Shown: positions 50,786 to 63,900 of the stretch, one piece after another
How positions within the stretch are numbered: the stretch's first letter is position 1
How the letters are laid out: every line of letters starts with the position of its first letter
Assembly: GCA_028534125.1 (NCBI GenBank)
Contig: CM052817.1
Coordinates: 38,628,001 to 38,692,000 of the forward strand
Reading direction: 5' to 3'
Source: Lama glama
Lineage: Eukaryota
Length of the DNA: 64,000 nt
Translations under genes and position numbers: made by a program
The notes under the pieces: model-generated
Seen by the model: only the letters and a program-made list of their open reading frames with translations
What the model was told of the DNA's origin: nothing
Databases searched by the model: none

Positions 50786-52194
50786 GAAAGCAAGATTTTT
50801 TTTTCTAAAAGTCTGATACTCTTTGTGGTTTTACTTGATTTCAGCAATTTGTGACTTTCATTCAATATTACATAATAAACTTTTTCATCTTTGAATGCCA
50901 ATAATACACACCTTCAGGAGCCTTTGAGACCTATAGGTGATTGGTTAGAAGCTCTTTGTTAAACTTCTAATGATCTGGCACCACGAAAAAAGCTTTGCAT
51001 GTGTTATCTCTGATCCTAACAAGAGGCCTGGAAGAGGAATTAATATAAATGGCAGAGCCAGGATTTGAATTCTTTCCAATGACTTAATCTTGGAAGTTAC
51101 ATGATGTTACTCCCAACATCCTATTTTTTAGAAGTGTGTCCCATTCAGGAGGAAGGGAGATACACTCCTCTTTTGGAAGATATCTAAGAATTCATTGACA
51201 TTTTAAATTCATCACAAAAAGCTAGAGACTTTTGGGTGTGTTTTCTGTCATGATTAAAGATTTATTTTGCCCTTTAAAATTTTTTCTTCCCTTTGATGTC
51301 TATGTAAGTGATTTATGATTGCTTAGTGTTGTTCCTGAGTGCTTTGTCTTCTAGATTTTAACTTGAGACATGGTTGACTAGTTGTACACAATGGAATCAA
51401 TTGGTATGAATGTTCTTACTGGTACAGGGATCTTAATCTTCCAGTTCTTTGTGTTTGGTTTTTTAACCTATTTTATTGGACTTAAAAAATATATAACTAA
51501 TTTGTAGATTGTTTTTATAGTTGAGCTTGTGAAGGAACTAATTACCATACCTCTTGTTTTCCCTAAAAATTATTTTGTGTTCCCCAGATTTATCTTTTGA
51601 TTAAATCTGGGTGGCAGTTCGTTACACACTGCTCCTGGGCAGTCTACAGTTCTGGCTGCCTGAAAGGAAATCAGAGACCTTGTACAGATCTACAGCGTAT
51701 GTGGTGGAATCTTTTGGGGTGTGTGTGGAATAAGATGCCAGATTTTCTAGACTGGAGATGTTAATAGAGCTTTGACATCAGAGAGAGAGAACTTGAGTGT
51801 GGAAAAAGGGCTGACAGCTATGATATAAACCATACCTTTATATTTATGGCTAATCTGAAGAGCAGAATGGGGATATTCTGAGATAACTTGAATTGCAGTA
51901 TTTCTTCATGTGGTATGTCATATTTGACAGGGGAAATACTCCATTGAGGGTTTTATGTTCACCTTCAGGTATCATCTGTCAAACTATGTGCACAAAAATC
52001 ACAGAGAAATACTCTCTGTGATTTAATGCCTTATAGTGAATCAGTGATAAAAACCAGGAATAAAACTCAAAGAGTGTAGTGACCTAGACCACACTTTCTG
52101 ATCTGATCTTCTTTGGCAAACTCTCATTCCTGGGCCTGAATTTTTAGAGTTTCCTTATTAGTTTACTGTTTTTCTTTAACCTGCATGCTGTTTT

Positions 52195-52950
52195 ATAAAA
52201 TTTTTATTTTTTAATTGTTACACAATAACATTTATTTTTCTTTGGTGTACAGCTCTATGAACTTTGATAGATACACAGATTGGTGTAACCACTACCACAA
52301 TATGGACAGAGAACCGTTTCATCATCCCTAAAACTTCCTTGTCCTATCCGTTTATACACGTTCTCTTCACCTCTATAGCCCCTGGCAACCACTAATCTGT
52401 CTTCATCAATAGTTTTCTCTTTTTAAGAATGTAACATAAATGGAATCATACAGTGTATAACCTTTTTGAGACTGTTCTTTCATTCAGGATAATGCCTTTG
52501 AGAATCATTCAAGTTATTGTATGTATTGAGCGTTTATTTACTTGTACTGTTACTCGTGGGTGCTATAGTTCGTATATCCATCAACTCGTTATAGGACATT
52601 TGGGTTGTTTCCATTTTTTGGCCATGATTAACAGAGCCACTGTAAACGTCTGTGTATAGGTTTTATGTGATCGTAAGTTACCAGATCAGCAGACTTTTTT
52701 TTCCAAAGCTCTAGATAGGCTTTATTTTAGGCCTTATGGTCTCGGTTGCAGCTACTCTTCATCTTGTAGGATGAAAACAGCTGTACACAATACGTAAATG
52801 AATGGATGTGGCTGTATTTCAAAAAGACTTACTTATGAAACAGGTATGGCACAGAGCCATCATTTTCCAGCCCCAGTTCTATGGTAAATGTCTAAGAATG
52901 GGATTGCCAGGTTCATGATAAATACATTTAACTTGATAAGAAACTTCCAG
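52195..52950 (-). mobile_element. Old L1 (L1MC/MD-like) 3' end, interrupted by MER58
   Basis: 'ggtgtacagctctatgaactttga', 'cccctggcaaccactaatctg' and 'aaatggaatcatacag'; resumes at 'ggtaaatgtctaagaatgggattgc'. Confidence 0.8.
52682..52876. mobile_element. MER58A-like hAT MITE
   Basis: 'atcagcagacttttt...tctcggttgcagctactc...aatacgtaaatgaatggatgtggctg'. Confidence 0.75.
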
Positions 52951-54453
52951 TTTATTGATTTTTGAATAGTTTAATAATATTTGAATTATGGAATCTTAAT
53001 GAACTCAGACCTTACAGTTCACACATCAGGCCTGCATAATTGATGGTAATATAGGCTTTGCTCTAGTCTTCTTACCTTGAGGGTCTGTTTTACTTGTATT
53101 CATACTTTTCTGCTTCTATTCATACTCATGTGAGGTCTTTTGCTTGGATGGCTCTTTTCTTTCCAGATAAAGGACATACCTTAATTCATTAATTTTTACT
53201 TGACTTACTTAAGATTTGATGGGACATTTTAGGGAGTTTGTCTTTTTCAGGGGTGTATTAAGAGCAAAGAATCACAATGAGAGCTGCTTGATTTTTCAGT
53301 CGAACACTTAATTTTATCCCAGAAATTGAGTGTGACTGGATAGGCAGCTTTCACACCATGACATACAGTCTCCTCAGGAGTGTGTGTTTGTTCATTTTCT
53401 CAATATCAGACCCAGACTGTCTGTCCATAATGGGATGTCATCTGGGAGATTGTTGACTTCATTTTGTGTAAGTTCCTGAACGCAAATTAGGTATTAAATC
53501 TTAGGTTTATGCTCACGGCCTTGGAATTCTTCTAAGAATTAGCATTCTACAGTTGCTGTTGGAAAGCTGTTGTTTCTGTTGTTTTGTCTGTGGGGTGCAG
53601 AATTAGCTTTCCATTTACTAGTATTTTGTTGTGATTTCCATTGCTACAGAAGCAGGGGTTTGGGGTTAAAAGGAAGGCAAAGAATCTTAGTAATACCACT
53701 AGCTAATGAATTGGAGATGGTGAATAAAGTAAAGGAAGTATATCTTTCTGGTTATGGTTTATGATTAGTAATGTTCTTCTGAAAGAAGCAGTGAAGCCCC
53801 AGGACCATGGCAACATCAAGGAGGTGGAAGAACATTTTGTACTAATTGTAGTCGCGTTTGTCTTGATGCAGTAGTTGAAAGGTTATATCTGTGAGTGGAA
53901 ATGTATATATTACATATTAACTATTATAAAATACGGCTAGTGGCTGCCATATTGGATATCATAGGCTTAAGCTTTTCCACGTATAGGTTAGAATCCCTAT
54001 AAAAGAGGTCTTGCGTATGTCACTTCTTGGGAGTTTAATTTGTTCACTTTGCTTCTGATTTTTTTGTGGTTAAGCAGTTGTCAGTGTATCTGGCTGTTCA
54101 CTTATTAAATTTTAATACAACTTTGGCTGTCTCTAAGTATGTAACTTCTTTGTAAATCAGGGAGATTTAAAGCATTGCCATCAGTTGATCCTGTTTCTTC
54201 CACAATGCAGCTGCTAGAGCAGGTTTGTCCTGGGCTGTTAGGCTGGTCCAGAGAGTGTGAGGTGAAGCTGCACCACGTGCTGCTTTGTGAGACGTCTGTG
54301 TCACTTTGTCCTGTGTTAGGAACACCCTGATGATTTAGAGCCACCTTTGCCAGAGAATTTTAAAAGTACATTTTCCACAATTGAACATTATTTAGTAACT
54401 AGGTTAAAAGGTTAAGGATTCCTTCCATAAAATCTGATCTTACGTTTCTATGG

Positions 54454-54624
54454 CAATGGTTCTCAACCTTGTGTGCATGTTAGAGTAATGGGAGAACCTG
54501 TGAAAGCAATGCCTGGGCTCCAGCCCCAGAGATTTTGATTTGAATGGGGAGGGTCCTGGGCATCAGAATCTTTTTTCAGGGCCTCTAGTTGATTCTGATG
54601 CCCAGGCGGGGTTGAAAGTCCCTC
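54454..54624. mobile_element. MER5A/B-like hAT MITE
   Basis: 'caatggttctcaacctt...gcctgggctccagccccagagattttgatt...gattctgatg...ggttgaaa'. Confidence 0.8.
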
Positions 54625-55519
54625 ATATGTGGGATAATTAGTGGGCTAGCCATGTCAACTAAAAGATTCTGAATTAGAGACTAATTCACAACAGCCCCAC
54701 CCACTTACAGTTGGAGCCTAGGTTTCAAGTCTTGAGTAAAATACCATCAGGGGAATGGGCCCTATAGTGCTCACACATTCAGAGCCTGTTAGCCAAGGAA
54801 TCCCCTCAAGGTCTGTGTATGGTAAGAGAGTGGGGTTTTGTTTTTAGTCTTTTGTACCATTAAGTTGATTGGTAAATTAAGATTGCTAATTACTTGTAAG
54901 TAGAAGTGCTTTTTTTTTAATTGACTAAATTTTTAGTGCTGCCATTGTAAATTTGGTGCATATAATACCATATTTAGGAAATACAAATGTAGTTTCTCAT
55001 ATTACTTATTTTAGTAGGCTGTTTAAGGGAGCATGCATGTTATATGTACATCTTTATGCTTATACACATATAACAGCCTTGCAAAGATATTCCAGAGATT
55101 AGTAATAATGACTGATCTGGGGAGGCTAACCGGAGCCCAGTGGTGAGAGATTTACTTTTACTGTATATTCTTTTTTGCAGTATTTTTTTTTAACTCCACA
55201 CATATATTACATTTCAAAAACTTTTTCAATAGCTAAAAATACTTTTTTAAAAAAAGTTTGCAAATATGCTTATAATTTTTTCTATTTGGAAAATAGAAAA
55301 TGACATCACAATCATATTTCCGCTTATTATTTGGTAATTAGTTTTGTTTTGAATGTGTTACTTAGGACTGTATATCTGCTTTTTCTTCTCCTGAGCCCCA
55401 GTCCCGGGTTTTTATTTTGCTTCATGTTTTCTTATTGCTCTTTTTATTTCACCATATCCAAATTTTTTTCTTTTCCTCTTTCCTATTAATTCTTATTTCT
55501 TTACTCTATTTCCTAACTT

Positions 55520-56235
55520 AGTTGATGACACTACCATTCTTCCAGTCCCTCAGGCTAGAAATCTTTGTTTTCTTCATCTGTCCCCTTTGATCCTGAAAGA
55601 TATCTCATTCCAAATTGTTAATACTTATGGTGACATTTTCCCACACCATTGATTGCTCTGCACCCCTACCTCCACTGGCGCTGCCTTTAATACTGAGGGA
55701 TCATTAAAATACCTATTTCACACTTCACTCTGTGTTTAGAAATATTTTCTCAACATACATTGCTCTCCTGCTTAATAGGCATTTATTATTTTCCTAGTAT
55801 GGAAAGCCTTTTATGATCTGCCCACAGCAGCCTATTCTATCCAAACCTCATCTCCAGCTTTTCCCCACATTCACCCTGTACTGTAGCTCTGCTAAACTCT
55901 TAAGATACAGCAGCATGTTTGTGCCTTCTCTTCAATAAACATATGATCTGTTTGCTAGAAATAAGGTTAGACCTATTTGTCAGCTGAATGAACTATTCAG
56001 TTTCCAAGACTGAGCTCAGATGTCATCTTCTCTACTGATTGTTAAATCTTTTGTGTTCTCATAGCAGCTTGTTTATTTATTGTTTATTATAGCACTTATC
56101 ACATTATTTCTATAATATGTTTTAGCTTAACTGTGAGGACCTGGAGGGTTGAACATGATCTATTTATCTTTCTATTATAACACCTAGCAGAGCCCCTGGA
56201 TATAAGGAGTAGTAGAAATGACCAAGGAAATGAAA
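55520..56235 (+). mobile_element. L2 fragment
   Basis: 'gttgatgacactaccattcttccagtccctcaggctagaaatct' and 'aagactgagctcagatgtcatc'. Confidence 0.7.
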
Positions 56236-57314
56236 GTTAATGCATACAAAATTTTGTACAGTTTATAATCACTTGAACTCACTAATTCAGTGTTTTTGAT
56301 AATTTAGTAAGAGCTAAACTAAACTTTACATTTATGAAGAGAGGATTTTATTTACTAAGTTGTATAATTGAGATTGAGGAAAATGTTTACTTGTTTAAAA
56401 AAGCTGACACTTTTAAAGTATCTTTATATGATTCAGAATACTTTTTATGCAAATCATTTAATGGTACGTATAAGACGTTTTGACTGTTATTTAAAGAAGC
56501 AGCCAAGGTAAGCCTTTATAACCAGGGCTTGTGGTCCTGAAAGTAATAATGCTGTATTTACTTAACATATTCTGTTGTTTTGACATTTACTTACTCTCTT
56601 TTCACTGCATATTCATTTGGGTATTGATACCTTTTTATTTGCCTTTTGTCATTTCTTAGCTTGAATACAAGTATTATAGTAGAAATTTGCTGTAATTTCC
56701 CATTTTATATTCCTTTTAGCTACTTTAATTTACATTTAAAATTGATTCTGTGCTTTTTCTTGAACAAGAGTTACCAGTTTATAGATCTCCATGGTTTACA
56801 ATTTCACAGGTTTTCAAATAGGAAAATCTGTTGATTGAAACAGAAAACGTAGGGATTGAGAACTTTAAGATCTACCCATGTATAGATGTCTAAATTTTTC
56901 TACAGTAGATAAGGTAAAGGATTTCCATTTAAAGATAATTGAGTAAAAGCATTTGTATTCTGTTTTCCTTCCTAATGCTGATGGAACATAACTGAAAGAA
57001 TAAAGAATAGGGAAGAAATCTTTTCACATTGGTGAAATGACAAGAAAGCCACAATTCCAAGTCACAGACTGCAAGAAGTGCTGTAAACTTGAGCAAGTGT
57101 GCAGAAATGTTAAACATGGCACAGAGCTCTCCCAAAGTAAGTCACATAGGGACAACAGAGGGGTAGGCCAGGTGAGGCTTTCTAGGTGGACAGCAGTGGG
57201 AAGACCAGCAGAATGGAGGTGGTAGTGTACAGAGCTGTCGCCTTGGTATCAGTTGATTCAAAGCAACTGAAGAGAAGTAAACACTGAAGCACAATGCAGA
57301 CAATCAGCAGCTTA

Positions 57315-57745
57315 GCACTTCCCCCTCTCTCTCTGCTTCAGCCTCACTGGCATCCTTACAATTCTCCAACCATGCTAAGCACGTTCTTACCTCCAGCCTT
57401 TGATTTTGCTTGTCCCTCAGCCTGGAAAATTCTTCCCCGAGAAATTCTTACGGATTACTCCCCCATTCATTCAAGTTTCTGTTCTGGTGTTAACTCCTTA
57501 GAAAAACATTCCTTGACTGCGCAGACTGAAACAGCAACCCTGGGAAAGTTCTGTTTTCAAAGCTTACTTAATTTTTCTTCATAGCCATCACCACCAGACT
57601 TATATATTGACTTAATTTTTTTCTCTCCTTCGCTAGAGTTTGAACTCCCAAAAGACACATACTTATTAGTAGACTTGTATTCCCCCTCTATGTTCCAAAC
57701 ACCTGATACACTGCCTAGCACATAGTGGTTGCTTAATAAATGAAC
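57315..57745 (+). mobile_element. L2a 3' end
   Basis: 'cttcagcctcactggc...ctcagcctggaaaattcttcccc...ctgcctagcacatagtggttgcttaataaat'. Confidence 0.8.
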
Positions 57746-58150
57746 ACACAGGTCTTCCAGTAGGCAACGGTGCACACAGACTGGGGGATCCATGCTGAGA
57801 GGCTTAAGGGGCATTATCAGCTAATAGCAATAATTGGTCCTTATTTTGATCCTGATTCGTATAAAATAACCAGAAAAATAACAACATAAAATAATTGAAC
57901 TTTTGAACACTGGAATTTGATATTAAAGAATAGATAGCAGCACTGTGCATCAGTCAGAAGTTAGTTGCAGCGATCAGAATCCTTTCTAGCCAGTTTAAGC
58001 AGGAAGACACTTACCACAGAGTAATGGCTCATGGAGGGATAGAAACGACTGAAGAAACAGATTTTAGGCTCATGGTTGACCTTTTACAAACATCTCCCAG
58101 TGCTGTCCCACAGAGCTGGGCCACCAAGGAAGCTGCTGCTTTCTCTGGAT

Positions 58151-58785
58151 CAGGGTATAGTTGTATAGCAAGCTATGGCCAACAGGCTGAAATGATTTGT
58201 GTATCCCTCCAGTCAAGAAGATTTTTGCATTTTTTAAATGGTTGAAAAAACCAAAAGAAGAGTAATGGGATTTTTAAAAAAGTATTGAGGTGTAATTGAC
58301 ATTTAACATTATATTCGTTTCAGGTGTACAGCATAATGATTCGATATTTGTGTGTATTACAAAATGATCATGACAGTAAGTCTGGTTAACATCTGTCACC
58401 ATACATAGTTATGGTTTTTTATCCTTGTGATAAGAACTTTAAAGATTTACTCTCGCAGCACTTTCAAATATGTAATACAGTAGTATTTACTGTACTGGCC
58501 ATGCTGTACATTACTTCCCCAGGACTTGCTCATTTCATAACTGGAAGTTTATACCTTTTGACCCCCTTCACCCATTTGCCCACTCCCCAGCCCCCACCTC
58601 TGGCAACCACCAGTCTGTTTTCTGTACCTATGAGCTTGAGGTTTTTTTTCAGATTCTACATATAAGTGAGATTATATGATATTTATCTTTCTGTCTGACT
58701 TATTTCACTTAGCATATGCCCTAAAGGCTCACCCATGTCACAAATGGCAAGGTTTCTTTCTTTTTTTATGGCTGAGTAATATTCC

Positions 58786-58831
<46 letters not shown>

Positions 58832-59281
58832 CAGTTTTTTCACCCATTCATTTGTCAGTGGATACTTAAATTGTTTCCATATCTTGATAATTGTACATAA
58901 TGCTGCAGTGAACGTGTGGATGCATTTATCTTTTTGAGTTAGTGTTTTTATTTTCTTCAGATAAATACACAGGAATGGAATTGCTGGACCATATGGTAGT
59001 TCTATTTTTAATTTTTGGAGGACCCTCCATAGTGTTTTCCATAGGGGCTACATCATTTACAGTCCCACCAACAGCGCACAAGGGTTGAGTTATGTTTTGT
59101 GGCACCTAAGAATTTTATGAAATTTTACTTTCAGTATCCATACATAAAGTTTTATTAGAATACAGCCATGCTTTTTAATTTACCTGTTGTTTGTTGTTGC
59201 TTTCACACTACAATGGTAACAGAAACCATATGGTAAAATATTTATTATCCGGCCCTTAAAGAGAAAGTTTGCCTGCCCTTG
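58151..59281. mobile_element. MER58B-like hAT element split by an L1
   Basis: Starts 'cagggt', contains 'ttaaatggttgaaaaaaccaaaagaagag' and resumes 'ataaagttttattagaatacagccatg...gaaagtttgcctgcccttg'; TSD ctctggat / ctctagaa. Confidence 0.75.
58268..59086 (-). mobile_element. L1MA9-like (laurasiatherian-age) 3' end with an internal (TG)n at 58787-58823
   Basis: 'attgaggtgtaattgaca...tttcaggtgtacagcataatgattcg...cccaccaacagcgcacaagggtt'; TSD gagtaatg / gagttatg. Confidence 0.9.
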
Positions 59282-60124
59282 CTCTAGAATACAGTATTAT
59301 GGCCAGCCAAATGTATGCGTCATGCTCTGCCTCCCAGCAGCCAGGAGGGTAATTACTGGATACTGAAATCTCTGCTAACACTGTAGCTTAAAAATGTAAA
59401 TGTCAGCGAGAGTGTGGTTTCTGCTTCACTTCTGCCTTTCAGATCTTGGACAAGTTGGTTTGATTGGCTGAACCTAAATGTAGCAAGAACCTATTTGCAT
59501 AGGAGTCTGGAAACCCTGCTCTTTGCTTTACAGCCTCTATACTGTAAACACTCTGCCTAATTCAGTTCTTACTGCCTTTGCAGAAGTTACCTCTTAGCTT
59601 CAATTCTTCTTCAGTAAAAGCAGACTAATAGATTTCATCCTCTATTTTTCTGTGTATGTAATACTGAGCCATACTTAATGCACAAGGTCTGTGATGTTCA
59701 ACACTGTCTATAATTTATTGCTTTCTTAGACACAGGACTGTAGAAATTTTAGTATTGATATTATATACATTTATATTTTATGAGGAACACATGTATAAGC
59801 TTTAAGCAAAATATTCATATCAGGTAATGAAAAATTACTCTTAGCAACCTCACAAGTAATAGACTTTGCCTTTAAAATAGATAAATCAGGCCAATCAGAT
59901 AAGGATTCAGGGAAGCATTTCCTGTGAGGATATTTTGGTGAAAGAATATTTTTAATTCATATTCTTAGTCATAGTATTCTAGCTCTTTGAGGTTAAATCT
60001 AAATATTCTCAAGCCTAGGCCTTGGGAAAAAAATAAATAAAAGCACAAGAGTATAAAGAGAAAAAGAAGAGGCATATGAACTAAATAAAACATAAGCTTC
60101 TGAAGTGCTAGTGAGGCCTGAGCA

Positions 60125-60305
60125 TGGTGGTGTGCTGATGAATGTTTAACAGCCGACTATTCGGGGGCTGGGGGACCAAAACCAAGGGCCCCCTATTTTT
60201 GGTATTTGTTGATTTCTTTGGTATAAATGGTCTCACCATGGCTGGTTTCAGGCTGTTAATGGTCTGACATCTGGCTCTCTGCAAGTTCTGAAAATTGAGC
60301 CACTG
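60125..60305. mobile_element. MER63-like hAT MITE (second copy)
   Basis: 'gtggtgtgctgatgaatgtttaacagccg...catggctggtttcaggct...gcaagttctgaaaat' parallels the element at 69-258. Confidence 0.65.
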
Positions 60306-61149
60306 CGCTGGTGTGGACTGAATCCACCCTACTTCTTAGCTGAGCCCGAGAACAAGGTAAGGAACCCTAGACGAGGCAGGAAGAGTGGGCGTTTCCATTT
60401 ACAGTGAATATGCAGGAAAAGACTCCATGAAACCCGAACTTCCCTTTAAGTCAAAAGTGATCACTTCATAAAAATAATATAAAAGTACATTTTATGTAAT
60501 TTATATTTTATTCACAGAGTAATAAGATGAATAGTTTCTGTTGATGTTGTAGTCAGTTTTTCCTAAGATTATTATCTCATTATTTTTCTTTAATGGAAAA
60601 TTTGCTCGGAACATGTTAAATTGCATAATACATTATTGTCTTTAATTGCTAGTAATACTTTTATTTGTAATTTACTTTGATAAATTCTGCCAGGAAATTA
60701 TTTCCTTAGTATTCTGAATATTATTCCTTACTTAGGGTTATGTGGTTGAGTGCATGGTGTGAGGATTGGGAAAGACTTGAGCTAAAGAGAACAAGAAATT
60801 CAAAGGTAAATAAAGTATAGTTTGGTGTATCTAACATTTCCCTTATCTATCGGATGTGTCTCAAGGTACTAAGAATTCTCAGCCTAGATATTACACACAT
60901 GAATAGTATTTCTTGCTGCCAGTCTGGTTACACCCTTGGTGGAATATACACAGAGTAAACATGAGTTTTATGTTTTTTTTTTTTTAACTTCTTAGGGACA
61001 AAAATACTTGGGATAATTTTGTCCAAATGTTTTTAGAGAAGAACAAATAGTACTGTCTTTGCTAGAAATAGCTAGAAAATAAAAACACAGTTGCTTTCAT
61101 AAACAAAATTATTTCATAAAGACAAAGAGACAGTTTCCATTTAATAAAA

Positions 61150-61335
61150 ATAGCACTGGTCTTGGAGTTATGTGTCTTGAGTTCAAATTTCAGCTAATGC
61201 TAATGTGAGGGTCTTCTTGGCAAGTTGCTTTAACCTCTCTGAACTTCAATTTCATCTGTACAGTAGGCATTGTACCACTTATGGTAGGAAATGAGCAAAT
61301 ACATTTCTGTGAAAATACCTAGCATTGTATGTGGC
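61150..61335 (+). mobile_element. MIR
   Basis: 'ttggcaagttgctttaacctctctgaacttcaatttcatctgta'. Confidence 0.7.
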
Positions 61336-62869
61336 CGTGGATCCTGACTATTTCCTAGACAAAACCTGACACAGAGGCAGGAAACAAGAGTTCCTTAGGG
61401 ATTAACTCCAGCCCTGGCTGCTAATTGCTCACGCTTTCCCTTTAGACTCTTAAAGTGATTCAAGGGCAGAATGGCTGGTATTTTTCACTTGGAAAAACTG
61501 ATTACAAATCATGTGTAGAAAAGTTTGTGTGTGAAGAATTAACGTGCAGAGAACAAAGCTGCAAAAGCCTGACTGACTAGAACAGCCTGTGGCTGGGCCA
61601 GTGAAGTCCATTTGGGTTTTTTTTTTTTTTTTGTCTGTTGTTGAATGTATTTTTAATGTACATAATCTTCTTCGACACTCTTCCTTCCCACAGCCCTGCC
61701 ACTCTGCAGCTAGATTAGGTTTCCCCCAGGGTCTTGTGCTTCCCTGGTATAGTATGCAACACTTACATCACACCCAGACTCTAAGCTCCATGAAACCAGA
61801 TACCTTAAAAGAGTTGTTATTTCATAACAAATGGTAAAATGGTAAGTGTCACATGTATTTACCACTATATCCCAGGGGTCTCCCTAGAACAACCGTGGCT
61901 TACATTTATAATTTACTCTTGATTCAGAATATTATAGTACAAAAGTCATTATCCCGAGCCATAATTTCTTAGAAATGGTGGCAGATTATGGCCAAGTTCT
62001 AATAACTCCAGAATACTAATTGAAAGTTGCTCTCTTTTATTAAGCCAAGTCTAGGTTATAACACTACAGAACCATCGTGGTGTTCCCAGTGTGATTTTCT
62101 TTTGATGGAGACCATAGGTAGGCTTGTCTGAGGATTGGAAGAAGCTCAGATTTATTTTATTATTAAATGCTGCATAATTTATTTTGATATAATAACCCAG
62201 TTTTATTTCCTTTTTATTCCCCTCTGGTACTGAAAATCTCTGGATCTGAGGGACGTTGACTGGTTTGGCTCTTCCCTCTCTGAGCCAGGTCTCATTTTCT
62301 TATAGTGTATTATACATGGCAAGTTATCATTACTGGCCAAGAGAGTTATTCCCCTCTCCCCAAGAGGAGGGAGAAATCTATCTGGACTTTATTTTGTTTG
62401 TGCCATTCTAATAGTCACAAATGTTTAAAAAAAAAACAACTTTCAGCCAAATATTCCTACAGATACAAGTTTTTTTCTTGTTACTTGCAGAGCAGATAAA
62501 GTTTAACTTTAAGGGAATTTTTTAATGTCAGAGGAATAAAAAGGTCAAATTGAGGAATAGCTGGGAATCACTTTAGAAAAAAATACCTACTTGTATCTGA
62601 TTTAAATATGGTTTAATTGAGAGTGCTTTAAGAGATGAAATAGTGGTTATTTAAGTAATTTTAATTGTCTAATGTAATACAGAATTCTTATAAAACAGTG
62701 ATTTGTTGGGCCTAGTTTAACTAAATATAAAAGTACTGCAAAGTAATTATTTCCTTTAAAGAACTGTACAGTTAATGAGGGACCGGCGCAACCCTTCTGA
62801 AGCATTTAGTGGTGGTGTTCTTTAGTGTGTGTTCTTGCATAATATTTGTTTTGTGTGCATGTATTTCTA

Positions 62870-63900
62870 ATTTTCAAGAACTGGTATTGTCTGTTTATTT
62901 CATCCTATTTCTTGGTTCCTTTCACTCATCACTGTGTTTTTAAGATGCATCTATATGAAATATGTACTTTTAAATGAATGTGAATGTGTATCAACCCTGT
63001 TTTACTAATTCACTTTCTTAGTGATAGAACCTCTAAATAACCTTCAAGACCCCAGTCACCACAAAAAAAAACAATTCAGTAAACATCCATTTACAAGTCC
63101 TCACCCCTACGAATTTCTTTGGCTTATATGCTGAGGAGCAGAACGCAAGGCTGAATAATAATGCACACTGTCTTTTAGATCTTCTACCTGGCTGTTTTCC
63201 CATCAGTCACGTGTGTGGGTCATGTCCACATCTCCAAGAACACGGGGCATTTTCCAGCTTTCTGCTTGTTGCTAATCTAATAGGGGTAAAGTGGCATTTC
63301 CGTATTTTAGTCTACATTTCTTTGATTACTGAGTAAATTAAAATATCTCTTGATATATGATGGCCTTCCAGTTTTATTGCTCATATCTTTTAAAATTGGG
63401 ATTGCTGTGTTTTTCTTGCTGATTTGGAAATTTCTTATAAATTCTAAATTACAAACCTTTTAGTTTTAGACATTTCAGGTATCTTCTCCCATTGTGTTAC
63501 CTCAGTTTTTGCTTGATTCACAATGTTCTTTGCTGAGCCAAAATATTTAACTTTGATGTAATCACATTCATTTTATTTTTGCTTATGGTGTGCAGCTCTG
63601 AATATATGCTTAAGAAATTATTACCTGATTCCTAAAGGTATCTTCATAGATTTTCCTCTCTTAACTTTATAGTTTTACCCACCTTTATATGGCTGAAGGC
63701 AGGAGGCTATTTTATAATAAGAGTGAGTCACTTCCCAATATCATCTTCATAACAATCACACCCTTTTTGTGATCTTTAATCAAGTGTTAGGTTCCTACTA
63801 CATTTAAGGGTCTGTTTCTGAGCTCTCATCTGTGCCCTGGTTTGTTTGATCTTATATTTATCAGCCCCTGGTTTTATTACAATGATTTTGTGGAGGATTA
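62870..63900 (-). mobile_element. Ancient L1ME-like fragment
   Basis: 'tgctaatctaataggggtaaagtggcat', 'aggtatcttctccca' and 'gggtctgtttctgagctctc'. Confidence 0.65.

Larger units (their letters stand above)
57944..59545 (-). mobile_element. Old MLT1 (K/L-like) LTR hosting nested insertions
   Basis: Left part 'tgtgcatcagtcagaagttagttgcagcgatcagaa...ctagccagtttaagcagg'; right part 'tgattggctgaacctaaat...aggagtctggaaa'. Confidence 0.65.
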
